Assembly: GCA_965219685.1 (NCBI GenBank)
Contig: CBDCOH010000002.1
Coordinates: forward strand, 2,432,001 to 2,496,000
Length of the DNA stretch: 64,000 bases
Direction: 5' to 3'
Source: Candidatus Spongiisociaceae bacterium
GTDB lineage: Bacteria > Actinomycetota > Acidimicrobiia > Spongiisociales > Spongiisociaceae
Shown here: piece by piece, positions 36,211 to 45,121 of the stretch
How positions within the stretch are numbered: position 1 is the first letter of the stretch
Layout: each line of letters begins with the position of its first letter
Notes under the pieces: generated by a model
The model's input: the letters and a program-made list of their open reading frames with translations, nothing else
The model's database searches: none
What the model was told of the DNA's origin: nothing
Position numbers and translations under genes: made by a program

Positions 36211-38639
36211 CAGGACCCGTCCCCGATCTCGAAGCTGCTTCCCAGCGGCGGCACACCCGGCTGGTTGAAAGGCACGTACACGGTGCCGTCGTGGAGGGTC
36301 GGGTCGACGCGGACGGGCAGCGTCACCGAACGGCTCCCGAGGCCGAGACTGATCTCATCGCCGTCGCGCAACCGCAACGATGCCGCATGCGCGGGAGTGA
36401 TATGGGCGGCGGCACCGGGTGCCTGGCCGGACAGCGACGGGCTGTGCCGGAGCAGAACCCCGTCGTCGTACATGGTGCGGGCCAGATGGAGCGTGTACGC
36501 GCCGACCACTCCGCTGGAGTGGCGGTCCCGGGGCTCGTACTGCAGCGGCTGCACCGCCCCCGGGATGGGGACGACCGCGCCGTCGGGAGCATCCCACTCG
36601 AGGTAGTCCCAGGTGACCCCGGCATAGGCCGGCGCAACCCTCGAGATCTCGTCCGCGATGGCCTTCTCCGAGGTCAGACCGATCGGACGACCCATCCTCG
36701 CGGCCAGATCGTCGAGGATCGACCAGTCGGCTCGGGCCTGGCCGGGTCCGGGCACCAAGCGGTTGACCTTCTGCACCCGGCCCTCGAGGTTGGTGACGGT
36801 TCCCTTCTTCTCGGCAAACCCCAGCGCCGGGAGAACGACGTCCGCCCGCCTCGAGGAGTCGGTCAGGAACAGGTCGATCGCAACCACGAACCCGGCTCCG
36901 CCCAGGGCCGCACTCCCGTCGAAGCCGACCATGTCCCGGACCGGGTCGGCGCCGCACAGGATGAGGCACCCGATCCGGCCGGCCACCGACGAGGCAGCGA
37001 TCTCCAGCGCCCCCATGCCCGCCTCGGACGGGACGGGGCCCCAGGTCGACAACAGCTTGCCGGCTTCTCCATTCGCCGGGAGCGCGACGCGGCCCGGCAG
37101 GAGGTCCGGCGCCATCCCCATATCCAGCGCGCCGAAGGTGTTGCCGCGATGGACCAGCGGGAGGACGGTGGCGCCCAGGCCTCGGCTGAAGGCGGCCACC
37201 GACTCGGCCAGGCGAGGATCCTCCGCCAGGCCGGCACGGCCGACCAGCGCCACCACCGGGCCCTCGTCCAGGGCCTCCCTGACCGCACGGTGCGTTCCCT
37301 CACCTGCTTCGAGGCGCTGGAGCAACTCGGACCCGGTTCCCGGCCGGTAGGTGATCTTGTGAGCGGCGCGGTCATCCAGACCGGTGGCCCGGGGGTGGAC
37401 GACGATCAGGGTTGCGCCCAACTCCTGCGCGGCGCGGCGCACCCTCAGGTAGAGGATCGGATGCGTCTCCTTGAGGTCGGGACCCCACAGAAGGATTGTC
37501 CTGGCCGAATCCAGGTCGTCGATCCGGCCGCGCCCGACCAGCCCCGCCAGGAGTGCCGCTTCGAGACCGTCGCCGAGTTGAGCGTCGAGGTTGTTGGAAC
37601 CCACCGCCACCCGCATGAACTTGGACAGCGCGTAGGCGTCCTCGTTGGTTCCCCTGGCCCCGCCGAGAGCGGCCACGGCTTGAACTCCCCGGTCCGCGAT
37701 CACCGACCGCAGACGGTCCGCAACCACGTCCAGGGCCTCTCCCCAACCTGCCTCCCTGAAGCCGGAGCCCTCCTTGATCAACGGCGTCGTCAGACGATCG
37801 GGCGAACCGATGAACTCGAACAGGAAACGCTCCTTGTCCGATAGCCATCCCTGGTTGGTGGCTCCGTTGTCGACACCGAGAAGCCGCAACACCCGGTTAT
37901 GGGAAGAATGCACCGCGACGCTGCTCCCCTCCGTGTGGATCACGCCGGTGCTCTGGGCGACGCGCAGGTCCCAGGGCCGTGCCCTGAAACGGTACGGGAC
38001 GGCGGTGAGCGCCCCTACCGGACAGATCTGGACCGTGTTGCCGGAGAAGTAGGAGTTGAACGGTTCGTCGGGGAAGGTGAGCACCTGGGTGGTGTTGCCC
38101 CGGTTCTGGAACTCGATGAGCGGATCACCCGAGATCTCGTCGGAGAACCTGGTGCACCGGGCGCAGAGGATGCACCGCTCCCTGTCCAGGAGGACGAGGT
38201 CGCTGATCGGGATGGGCTTGGCGAAGTGCCGTTTCTCCTCGACGAAACGGCTCTCGCCCGGGCCGTAGGACATGGTCTGGTCCTGGAGAGGACACTCGCC
38301 GCCCTTGTCGCAGACCGGGCAGTCGAGCGGATGGTTGAGGAGGAGGAATTCGAGCACCCCCTCCTGGGCCTTCTTGGCGGCCTCGGACTCGGTGTGGGTG
38401 ACCATCCCGTCGGCGACCGGCTGCATGCAGGAGGGGACGATCAGCCGGCCCCTGGGGGTTTCGATCTCCACCAGGCACATCCGGCACATCCCGACGGGGT
38501 TCATGCGCGGGTGCCAGCAGAACCGCGGTATGTACGTGCCGTTGTCCTCGGCGGCCTTTATGAGAAGTTCGCCGGCCCGGGCCTCCACGTCCTGCCCGTC
38601 GATGGTGATGCGCACCTTGGGACGTTCCTGCGCGGTCAT
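36210..38639 (-). CDS. nuoG: NADH-quinone oxidoreductase subunit G
   Basis: IPRFCWH..GMCRMCLVE, HPLDCPVCDKGGECPLQD, RCILCARCTRF; ATG 38639 overlaps the upstream stop. Confidence 0.95.
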   Translation of the reverse strand: MTAQERPKVRITIDGQDVEARAGELLIKAAEDNGTYIPRFCWHPRMNPVGMCRMCLVEIETPRGRLIVPSCMQPVADGMVTHTESEAAKKAQEGVLEFLLLNHPLDCPVCDKGGECPLQDQTMSYGPGESRFVEEKRHFAKPIPISDLVLLDRERCILCARCTRFSDEISGDPLIEFQNRGNTTQVLTFPDEPFNSYFSGNTVQICPVGALTAVPYRFRARPWDLRVAQSTGVIHTEGSSVAVHSSHNRVLRLLGVDNGATNQGWLSDKERFLFEFIGSPDRLTTPLIKEGSGFREAGWGEALDVVADRLRSVIADRGVQAVAALGGARGTNEDAYALSKFMRVAVGSNNLDAQLGDGLEAALLAGLVGRGRIDDLDSARTILLWGPDLKETHPILYLRVRRAAQELGATLIVVHPRATGLDDRAAHKITYRPGTGSELLQRLEAGEGTHRAVREALDEGPVVALVGRAGLAEDPRLAESVAAFSRGLGATVLPLVHRGNTFGALDMGMAPDLLPGRVALPANGEAGKLLSTWGPVPSEAGMGALEIAASSVAGRIGCLILCGADPVRDMVGFDGSAALGGAGFVVAIDLFLTDSSRRADVVLPALGFAEKKGTVTNLEGRVQKVNRLVPGPGQARADWSILDDLAARMGRPIGLTSEKAIADEISRVAPAYAGVTWDYLEWDAPDGAVVPIPGAVQPLQYEPRDRHSSGVVGAYTLHLARTMYDDGVLLRHSPSLSGQAPGAAAHITPAHAASLRLRDGDEISLGLGSRSVTLPVRVDPTLHDGTVYVPFNQPGVPPLGSSFEIGDGS

Positions 38640-40645
38640 CTCACCCCCCCGATGGCTACCGGGACCAGGTTGGCTCTCCACAGGTGCTCCTCGACCTCGT
38701 CGCGGAAGTGGCGGAGCAGCGAGACCACCGGTGACACCGCCGAGGGTCCGAGAGCGCAGATCGTGGTCATGGCCGGTGGCCAGCGCAGGCCCGGCGAGAT
38801 GTTGTCGGACACGTCCAGGAGCAGGTCGGCGTCCACGGGACGTCCCTGCCCGTCCATCACCCTCCGCAGGATCATGTCCAGCCACACGGTCCCCTCCCGG
38901 CAGGGAGTGCACTGGCCGCAGGACTCGTGGGCGAAGAAACGGACCAGGCGCTCGGCGGCCGCCACCATGTCGGTCGTCTCGTCCATGACGATCACCGCTC
39001 CCGAGCCGGTCATCGAGCCGAGGCCGTCGATGGCCTCCTTGGTCACCTCTGTGTCCAGGTGCAGTTCCGGCACGAACCACGGCGAGGAGGCCCCGCCCGG
39101 GACCCACGCCTTCAGCCTGTTCCCGTCCCGGATCCCGCCGGCCAGGTCGAATATCAGGTCGCGCCACGAGAGACCCTCGACGATCTCGTAGTTGCCCGGC
39201 CGGTTGACATGACCGGAGATCGAACACATGCGGCGTCCGGGCGAGCCGCCCGGGCCGATCGCCGCGTAGGCCGCCCCTCCGTTGTTGATGATCCACGGAA
39301 CATTGGCGAGGGTCTCCACGTTGTTGACGATGGTGGGCATCATGTAAAGGCCCTTCGCCGCCGGGAAGTAGGGCGGCTTCAGCCGGGGCTCGCCCCGACG
39401 GCCCTCCAGGCTGTTGAGCAGGCCGGTCTCCTCTCCGCAGATGTAGGCGCCGGCCCCGAGGTGTACGGTGAGCTCGAGGTCGTAGCCGGACCCGAGGATG
39501 TCGCGGCCCAGGTACCCGGCCTCGTACGCCTCCTCCACCGCGGTCCTGACCCGGCGCGCCGCCTTCGGATACTCACCCCGGACATATATGAACGCGTGGT
39601 GGACCTCGCTTGCGTAGGAGGAGATGATCACGCCCTCGACCATCTGGTGGGGATCGCGTTCCATCAGTTGGCGGTCCTTGAATGTCCCCGGCTCGGACTC
39701 GTCGGCGTTCACGACCAGATAGGACGGGCGGGCGGGAGCGAGGAAACCCCACTTGACACCCGCCGGGAAACCGGCCCCTCCGCGGCCGCGGAGCATGGAG
39801 CCCTTCACCTCGGCCGTGATCTCCCCCGGGTCCATGCCGGGGTCGCCCAGGACCTTCCGCAATGCCGAGTACCCGCCGGTCGCCTCGTAGGTGAACAGGG
39901 TGTTGCTGGTACCGGGATGCTCGTTCATCCGGGCGGTCAGGATCATCGGCGCGTCCCCGTTGCCGGAGGTCGGGACAGAGTCGTCGACGGGCGTAGGCCC
40001 GGCCGAAGGAAACGCCACCTCGGTCCCGAGCGGCGAGAAGGAGGGAACCGGCCCGGCGACCCCCACCGGGTCGGGGATCGCCCAGGGGAAGGAGGTGCGA
40101 CTCCCGAAACGAGCCTGCAGGTCATCGCCCGATACCGACTCGGGGCGATCAGATCGCAACCATCGCACCAGGTCCCGGGCCTTCTCCGGTGTCACCCCCT
40201 CCACGAACTCGTAGTTCACCTGGACGACGGGCGCCGCCCCGCAGGCGCCGATGCACTCGACGTGTTCGGGGGAGACCAGGCCGTCGGCGTCGGTGTGGCC
40301 GGAGGGTGTCCCCGCCTCGTCCTCCACCGCGTGCAGGACGTCGTCGGAGCCGCCCAGCCAGCATGAGATGGATGTGCACACCGACACCAGGTAGCGACCC
40401 ACCGGGCTCCGCTTGTACATCGTGTAGAAGCTGGCCACCGCCGACACCTGCGCCGGCGTCACGCCCACCAGTTCCGCCACCTTGCGCATGCCGTCGTCCG
40501 TGAGGCGATCGTTCCCCTGATCGAGGTCCTCGCGCATCGCTATGTACAGGAGCGGCATCATGGCGGAGCGGCGTTCGGGATACGCGGAGAGGACCGCGAG
40601 GGCACGTTGTTCCGCCACGGCCGACCAGGTGTAGGGCATATCCAC
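38636..40645 (-). CDS. nuoE-nuoF: Fused NADH-quinone oxidoreductase subunits E and F
   Basis: NuoE motifs (CTSISC, ECIGAC) and NuoF motifs (GRGGAGFP, NADESEPG, GAGAYICGEET, ESCGQCTPCREG) in one 669-aa frame. Confidence 0.9.
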   Translation of the reverse strand: MDMPYTWSAVAEQRALAVLSAYPERRSAMMPLLYIAMREDLDQGNDRLTDDGMRKVAELVGVTPAQVSAVASFYTMYKRSPVGRYLVSVCTSISCWLGGSDDVLHAVEDEAGTPSGHTDADGLVSPEHVECIGACGAAPVVQVNYEFVEGVTPEKARDLVRWLRSDRPESVSGDDLQARFGSRTSFPWAIPDPVGVAGPVPSFSPLGTEVAFPSAGPTPVDDSVPTSGNGDAPMILTARMNEHPGTSNTLFTYEATGGYSALRKVLGDPGMDPGEITAEVKGSMLRGRGGAGFPAGVKWGFLAPARPSYLVVNADESEPGTFKDRQLMERDPHQMVEGVIISSYASEVHHAFIYVRGEYPKAARRVRTAVEEAYEAGYLGRDILGSGYDLELTVHLGAGAYICGEETGLLNSLEGRRGEPRLKPPYFPAAKGLYMMPTIVNNVETLANVPWIINNGGAAYAAIGPGGSPGRRMCSISGHVNRPGNYEIVEGLSWRDLIFDLAGGIRDGNRLKAWVPGGASSPWFVPELHLDTEVTKEAIDGLGSMTGSGAVIVMDETTDMVAAAERLVRFFAHESCGQCTPCREGTVWLDMILRRVMDGQGRPVDADLLLDVSDNISPGLRWPPAMTTICALGPSAVSPVVSLLRHFRDEVEEHLWRANLVPVAIGGVR

Positions 40646-42001
40646 CTACCGGTCCACGTCGCCCATCACGGGATCGAGCGAGGCGATACAGGCCACGGAG
40701 TCGGCGACCAGCGAGTCGGCCATCATGACCGGCAAGGCCTGGAGGTTCGAGAAGGACGGCGCCCTGGTGTGCATGCGCAGCGGCTTCCCGCCCCCGTCGG
40801 AGACGAGGTAGCAGCCCAACTCCCCGCGTGGGGACTCGATGGCCACGTAGGTCTCCCCGGCGGGCACCTTGAACCCCTCCGTGTAGATCTTGAAGTGGTG
40901 GATCAGCGCCTCCATGGACTCGTCGATCCGGCGCCTCGGGGGCGGGGACACCTTGCGGTCACCGGTCTTGTAGTCGCCCCGCGGCATGCCGTTCGCCACC
41001 TGCTCCACGATCCGCAACGACTGGCGCATCTCGCCGATGCGGACGCGGTAACGGTCGTAGACGTCACCATGCCGCCCGGTGACCACGTCGAACTCGTAGT
41101 CGTCGATGCCCGAGTACGGCTGGGACACCCTGAGATCCCATCCGACCCCGGTCGCCCGCAGGGTCGGACCGGTGATCCCGTAGGCCAGGCACTCCTCGGA
41201 GGTGATGATTCCCACGCCCTGGGTGCGACCCTTCCAGATCGAGTTCTCCTTGAGCAGGTCCTCGTAGTCCTGCATCGCCAGCGGTATCCGTTCCAGGATC
41301 TCCTCGACGTCCTCCTCCCACCCGTCGGGGAGATCGGCGGCCACGCCTCCCGGCCGGATGTAGTTGTGGTTCATGCGCAGACCGGTGGTCTTCTCGAAGA
41401 AGGAGAGGATCAGCTCCCGCTCGCGGAACCCGTACATCATCATCGACAGGGCGCCGATGTCCATCCCGTTGGTGGCCGTGGCGACGAGGTGGGACGAGAC
41501 CCGGTTGAGTTCGGTCATCAGCAGCCGGATCGCCTGGGCACGCGGGGGTATGTCCACACCCAGCAACTTCTCCACCGCGAGGGAGTAGCACAGCTCGTTG
41601 TGGAGCGGAGCCAGGTAGTCCATGCGGGTCACGTTGGTCCCGCCCTGCAGGAACGTCAGGGCCTCGGCGGTCTTCTCCATGCCCGTGTGCAGATAACCGA
41701 TGATCGGTTTGATCCGCCGGACGATCTCGCCCTCGAGTTCCAGGTTGAGCCGCAGCACCCCGTGGGTGGACGGGTGTTGGGGACCCATGTTGACGATCAT
41801 CCGCTCGTCGTCGGCCACCGTGTCGTCTATGACCCAGTCGTCGACGACCCGGGCGCCCCGCTGCTCGACCACCCGGGCCCGGGTCTCGTCGCGGTCCATC
41901 TCCTGGGCGCCCTCGTCGGTGCCGGCCACCATCCACTCGGCCACTTCCGGGACCTCGGTTCCGGACACCCACATGTCGGTGCTGGTGGTCGGCCCGGCCA
42001 T
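40646..42001 (-). CDS. nuoD: NADH-quinone oxidoreductase subunit D
   Basis: NMGPQHPSTHGVLRL, GYLHTGMEK, RMDY, ESPRGELG, DPVMGDVDR. Confidence 0.96.
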   Translation of the reverse strand: MAGPTTSTDMWVSGTEVPEVAEWMVAGTDEGAQEMDRDETRARVVEQRGARVVDDWVIDDTVADDERMIVNMGPQHPSTHGVLRLNLELEGEIVRRIKPIIGYLHTGMEKTAEALTFLQGGTNVTRMDYLAPLHNELCYSLAVEKLLGVDIPPRAQAIRLLMTELNRVSSHLVATATNGMDIGALSMMMYGFRERELILSFFEKTTGLRMNHNYIRPGGVAADLPDGWEEDVEEILERIPLAMQDYEDLLKENSIWKGRTQGVGIITSEECLAYGITGPTLRATGVGWDLRVSQPYSGIDDYEFDVVTGRHGDVYDRYRVRIGEMRQSLRIVEQVANGMPRGDYKTGDRKVSPPPRRRIDESMEALIHHFKIYTEGFKVPAGETYVAIESPRGELGCYLVSDGGGKPLRMHTRAPSFSNLQALPVMMADSLVADSVACIASLDPVMGDVDR

Positions 42002-42501
42002 CACAGCACCCGGTGGGCTTCCTTGAACTGGACGGGTACGGCTCCCACGCCGAAGTCCCGCCTGAGGGGATGGCCCTCCCAGTCGTCGGGCATCAGGATC
42101 CGGGTCATGTCGGGATGACCGGTGAAGCTGATCCCGAACATGTCGTAGACCTCCCGCTCGAGGAAGTTCGCCCCCGGGTACACCGGCACCAGCGACGGAA
42201 CCAAGGGGTCGTCCTCGGGAACCGCCACCAGTATCCGGAGGCGCCGGTTGTGCGAGAGGGACAGAAGGTTGACCACCAACTCGAAACGGGTGCGGCGGAT
42301 GCCCTGGTAGTCCACGGCGGTGATGTCGGCGCACATCTCGAAACCGCTCGACCTGGCCGCGGCGGCCAGGTCGGCCAGAGAGGAGGGGGGCACCCGGATC
42401 ACGTCATCCCCCGCCGAAACATCCCGCTCGGACTCCGGCACCGCCTCCAGCAGACCGGACACCAAGTCGCCCGACCCTGAACCGTCGGTTCCAGCGGCCA
42501 T
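42001..42501 (-). CDS. nuoC: NADH-quinone oxidoreductase subunit C
   Basis: ITAVDY, EREVYDMFGISFTGHPDMTRILMPDDWEGHPLRRD. Confidence 0.95.
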   Translation of the reverse strand: MAAGTDGSGSGDLVSGLLEAVPESERDVSAGDDVIRVPPSSLADLAAAARSSGFEMCADITAVDYQGIRRTRFELVVNLLSLSHNRRLRILVAVPEDDPLVPSLVPVYPGANFLEREVYDMFGISFTGHPDMTRILMPDDWEGHPLRRDFGVGAVPVQFKEAHRVL

Positions 42502-42971
42502 CAGCGGGCCAACTCCCCCGCCATCACCTTGTCCTGGAGGGTGAGGATGCCGTGCATGAGCGACTGCGGACCGGGCGGGCACCCGGGCACGTACACATCC
42601 ACGGGAACTATCTGGTCGACACCCTGGACGAGGGCGTAGTTGTTGAACATCCCCCCGGTGGACGCGCAGGCGCCCATCGATATCACCCATTTCGGATCGG
42701 CCATCTGGTCGTAGACCTGGCGCAGCACCGGAGCCATCTTCTGGGAGACGCGCCCCGCCACGACCATGAGGTCGGCTTGGCGGGGGGACGCCCGGAACAC
42801 CTCCATACCGAACCGCGCCAGATCGTTGTGGGCCGTTCCCGTTGCCATCATCTCGATCGCGCAGCAAGCCAGCCCGAAGGTGGCAGGCCACATCGACCGG
42901 GTCTGTGCCCATCGCATGGCCAGCCCCAGGGTGGTCGTCAGCAAATGTGGAGGGGTTGACAGGCGCGCCAT
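42501..42971 (-). CDS. nuoB: NADH-quinone oxidoreductase subunit B
   Basis: [28 protein letters not shown]. Confidence 0.96.
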   Translation of the reverse strand: MARLSTPPHLLTTTLGLAMRWAQTRSMWPATFGLACCAIEMMATGTAHNDLARFGMEVFRASPRQADLMVVAGRVSQKMAPVLRQVYDQMADPKWVISMGACASTGGMFNNYALVQGVDQIVPVDVYVPGCPPGPQSLMHGILTLQDKVMAGELAR

Positions 42972-43387
42972 CAGGCGGCGTACTCCCTGACGGGCTGAGC
43001 GTCCGCCCGGTACCGGGACCGGCGGGAGACGTTCCAGTCCAGGGCGCCCCGCTTCCACACGTAACCCAGCGTCTCGACGATCAGCAGCGTGAAGAAGGCG
43101 ATGGCGATGACCCCCGGCCATCCGAGGTCACCGAACACCGAAGCCCAGGCGAACAGGAAAATGATCTCGACATCGAAGATCACGAACAGGATGGCGACGA
43201 GGTAGAACTTGACCGGGAACCGCTGGATCGGCTCCGCCTCGGTGACGATCCCGCACTCGTACGGCTCCAGCTTCTCGGGCGTCGGACGCTTGTAGGAGAT
43301 CAGGTAGGAGACCACCAGCGACACGCCGGCAAACGCAGCGGCCAGCACCAACATGACCGCGATTGGGAGATAATCGGAAAGCTCCAA
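42971..43387 (-). CDS. nuoA: NADH-quinone oxidoreductase subunit A
   Basis: [27 protein letters not shown]; TTG start. Confidence 0.94.
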   Translation of the reverse strand: MELSDYLPIAVMLVLAAAFAGVSLVVSYLISYKRPTPEKLEPYECGIVTEAEPIQRFPVKFYLVAILFVIFDVEIIFLFAWASVFGDLGWPGVIAIAFFTLLIVETLGYVWKRGALDWNVSRRSRYRADAQPVREYAA

Positions 43388-43561
43388 CCCGCCCCTTCGT
43401 CAGGAATCTCAGCCTAGAAACACGGCCCGTCAGTGCCAAAACGACGGCGCCGCCCAAACAGCCCGACGCGGCCTCGAGAGAGGTCGGACACGCTACGCAA
43501 CAAGGGTCAGGTCCCACCAACCGCGCCCACCCCGGACACGCCGGACCGGGACCAGAACACG

Positions 43562-43596
43562 CAACTAGTAACTAACAACTAGCAACCAACAACCAA
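43562..43596 (-). repeat. C/A-rich heptamer array (YAACYAR) x5
   Basis: CAACTAG TAACTAA CAACTAG CAACCAA CAACCAA, just downstream of the DUF2237 stop codon. Confidence 0.8.
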
Positions 43597-43602
43597 TGTC
43601 TG

Positions 43603-43977
43603 TCAATCCGGAGAGATCGGCGGGGCCTCGTGGGCTCGGAGTTCGGCCAGGCTCGCCCACTCGAGGGTCCGGGCGTGAGTCGCCTCGAGTACCACGTCCG
43701 GCGCCATGCCGGCTTCGTTCGCCTCGACCCACCGGGAGGCACACAGACACCATCGGTCGCCCGCTCTCAGGCCCGGGAAGCGGAAGGCCGGTACCGGGGT
43801 GGACAGATCGTTACCAACCGAACGGGAGAATTCGAGGAACTCGTCGGTGACCACCACGCATACAGTGTGCACACCGTAATCCCGAGCGTCCGTGTTGCAG
43901 CACCCGTCCCGCAGCCACCCGGTCAGCGGGTCGAGCGAGCATTCCTCCAGTTCGCTACCCAGAACATTGCGCGCCAT
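43603..43977 (-). CDS. DUF2237 family protein
   Basis: RNVLG..LEECSLDPLTGWLRDGCC, HTVC, GNDLSTP, PGLRAGDRWCLCA.RW; the true start is ATG 43977. Confidence 0.9.
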   Translation of the reverse strand: MARNVLGSELEECSLDPLTGWLRDGCCNTDARDYGVHTVCVVVTDEFLEFSRSVGNDLSTPVPAFRFPGLRAGDRWCLCASRWVEANEAGMAPDVVLEATHARTLEWASLAELRAHEAPPISPD

Positions 43978-43989
43978 AGCCACATGATA

Positions 43990-44050
43990 GGTGGCTGGGT
44001 GGCTGGGTGGCTGGGTGGCTGGTGGATGGTGGATGGTGAATAGTGAATGG
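43990..44050 (+). repeat. G/T-rich array grading from 8-mer to 7-mer
   Basis: (GGTGGCTG)3 GGTGGCT GGTGGAT GGTGGAT GGTGAAT AGTGAAT GG. Confidence 0.85.
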
Positions 44051-44063
44051 CGGAGCCACGCAC

Positions 44064-44140
44064 CACCACTCACCACTCACCACTCACCACTCACCACTCA
44101 CCACTCACCACTCACCACTCACCACTCACCACTCACCACT
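44064..44140 (-). repeat. Perfect heptamer array (CACCACT)11
   Basis: Eleven perfect units, overlapping the stop codon of 44139-44501. Confidence 0.95.
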
Positions 44141-44501
44141 AAAAGCTTTGGCCGAAGCTGGAGATGCCGCGCAGGCCGAGACCCATCATGAATAGGAGGG
44201 CCAGGCCCCAGTAGAGGGTCGGGCGGTGCTCGAACTGCGCCCGGTAGATGTAGACGAACGTGAGAGTCAGCAGGATGACGATGCCGTAGAACATGTGGAT
44301 GCTCCCCGGTTCCAGATCCCGGGCGAACAGAAGCAGACCGATTCCCACCTGGAAGACCATGGCCACCACAGAGAGCAACACCACCCCTTTGAAGATACGG
44401 TCCGGACGGCGCCGTGAGAAGTGGTAGAACAGTCCGGTGACCCCGGCGAGCCCGCACACGATCACTGCCGCCCATCCCAGCCAGGTGTGAATCGATACCA
44501 C
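44139..44501 (-). CDS. Hypothetical 4-TM membrane protein
   Basis: 120 aa, four hydrophobic segments, His residues in IHTWLG and IHMFYG; follows 44515-45117 on the same strand. Confidence 0.65.
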   Translation of the reverse strand: MVSIHTWLGWAAVIVCGLAGVTGLFYHFSRRRPDRIFKGVVLLSVVAMVFQVGIGLLLFARDLEPGSIHMFYGIVILLTLTFVYIYRAQFEHRPTLYWGLALLFMMGLGLRGISSFGQSF

Positions 44502-44514
44502 GGCGCAAACTCCC

Positions 44515-45117
44515 CTACGTGCCGACCCGGCGGTTGCCGTTGATCGCCGGTCGTGCCATGTGGTTTCGAGCCGCCTCGGTCATCGCCGCCGTGAGGTCCG
44601 AGACCTTAACGGGGTCACGGCGTAGATCCCGACCTATCTCGATCTGGACACCTCCGTGCGGCGGGATGTTCACCGGGTTGCAGGGATGGGATCCGCGGAG
44701 ATAGCGCGGTATCAGATCGAGATCGTCAACCACATCGAGACCGGCAACCCGCATGGCCCGGCCCAACCGCGTGGCGAACGGGCGGTTGCTTCCTCCCAGG
44801 GCTACCTGCTCGTTCATGTCGCGGCGGTTCATCCCATGAACCGACAGCACGACCCGGACCCGCCCGAGGAACGCATCCAGAGCGGGCGACTCGGCTCTGT
44901 GGTAGAGAGTGGATGTCAGATGTCCCTCCTTGTCCCTATGGCCCGGTTGCACGACCGCGTACAGGCTCGCACCGATCGCGTCGGCCACCTTCTGGGCGAT
45001 CCTGAACGTGGGTGGCTCTATGCCTCCATGGAGCGCCATCAGACCCAGCGATCCCCGGATGACCACCACCTCGCGTACGTCCTCGTGCGCGAGGAGTTCC
45101 CGGAGGGAGCGTGTCAC
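44515..45117 (-). CDS. Poly-gamma-glutamate hydrolase family (YjqB/PghP-like) zinc peptidase
   Basis: ALHGGIEP, HLTST, SVHG, NPVN..GGVQIE. Confidence 0.75.
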   Translation of the reverse strand: MTRSLRELLAHEDVREVVVIRGSLGLMALHGGIEPPTFRIAQKVADAIGASLYAVVQPGHRDKEGHLTSTLYHRAESPALDAFLGRVRVVLSVHGMNRRDMNEQVALGGSNRPFATRLGRAMRVAGLDVVDDLDLIPRYLRGSHPCNPVNIPPHGGVQIEIGRDLRRDPVKVSDLTAAMTEAARNHMARPAINGNRRVGT

Positions 45118-45121
45118 CGGA

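Noticed and set aside
28472-42118. Long plus-strand ORFs opposite the nuo operon (e.g. 28472, 31909, 34975, 36063, 40607)
   Set aside because: Antisense shadow ORFs expected in high-GC coding DNA; no domain motifs.
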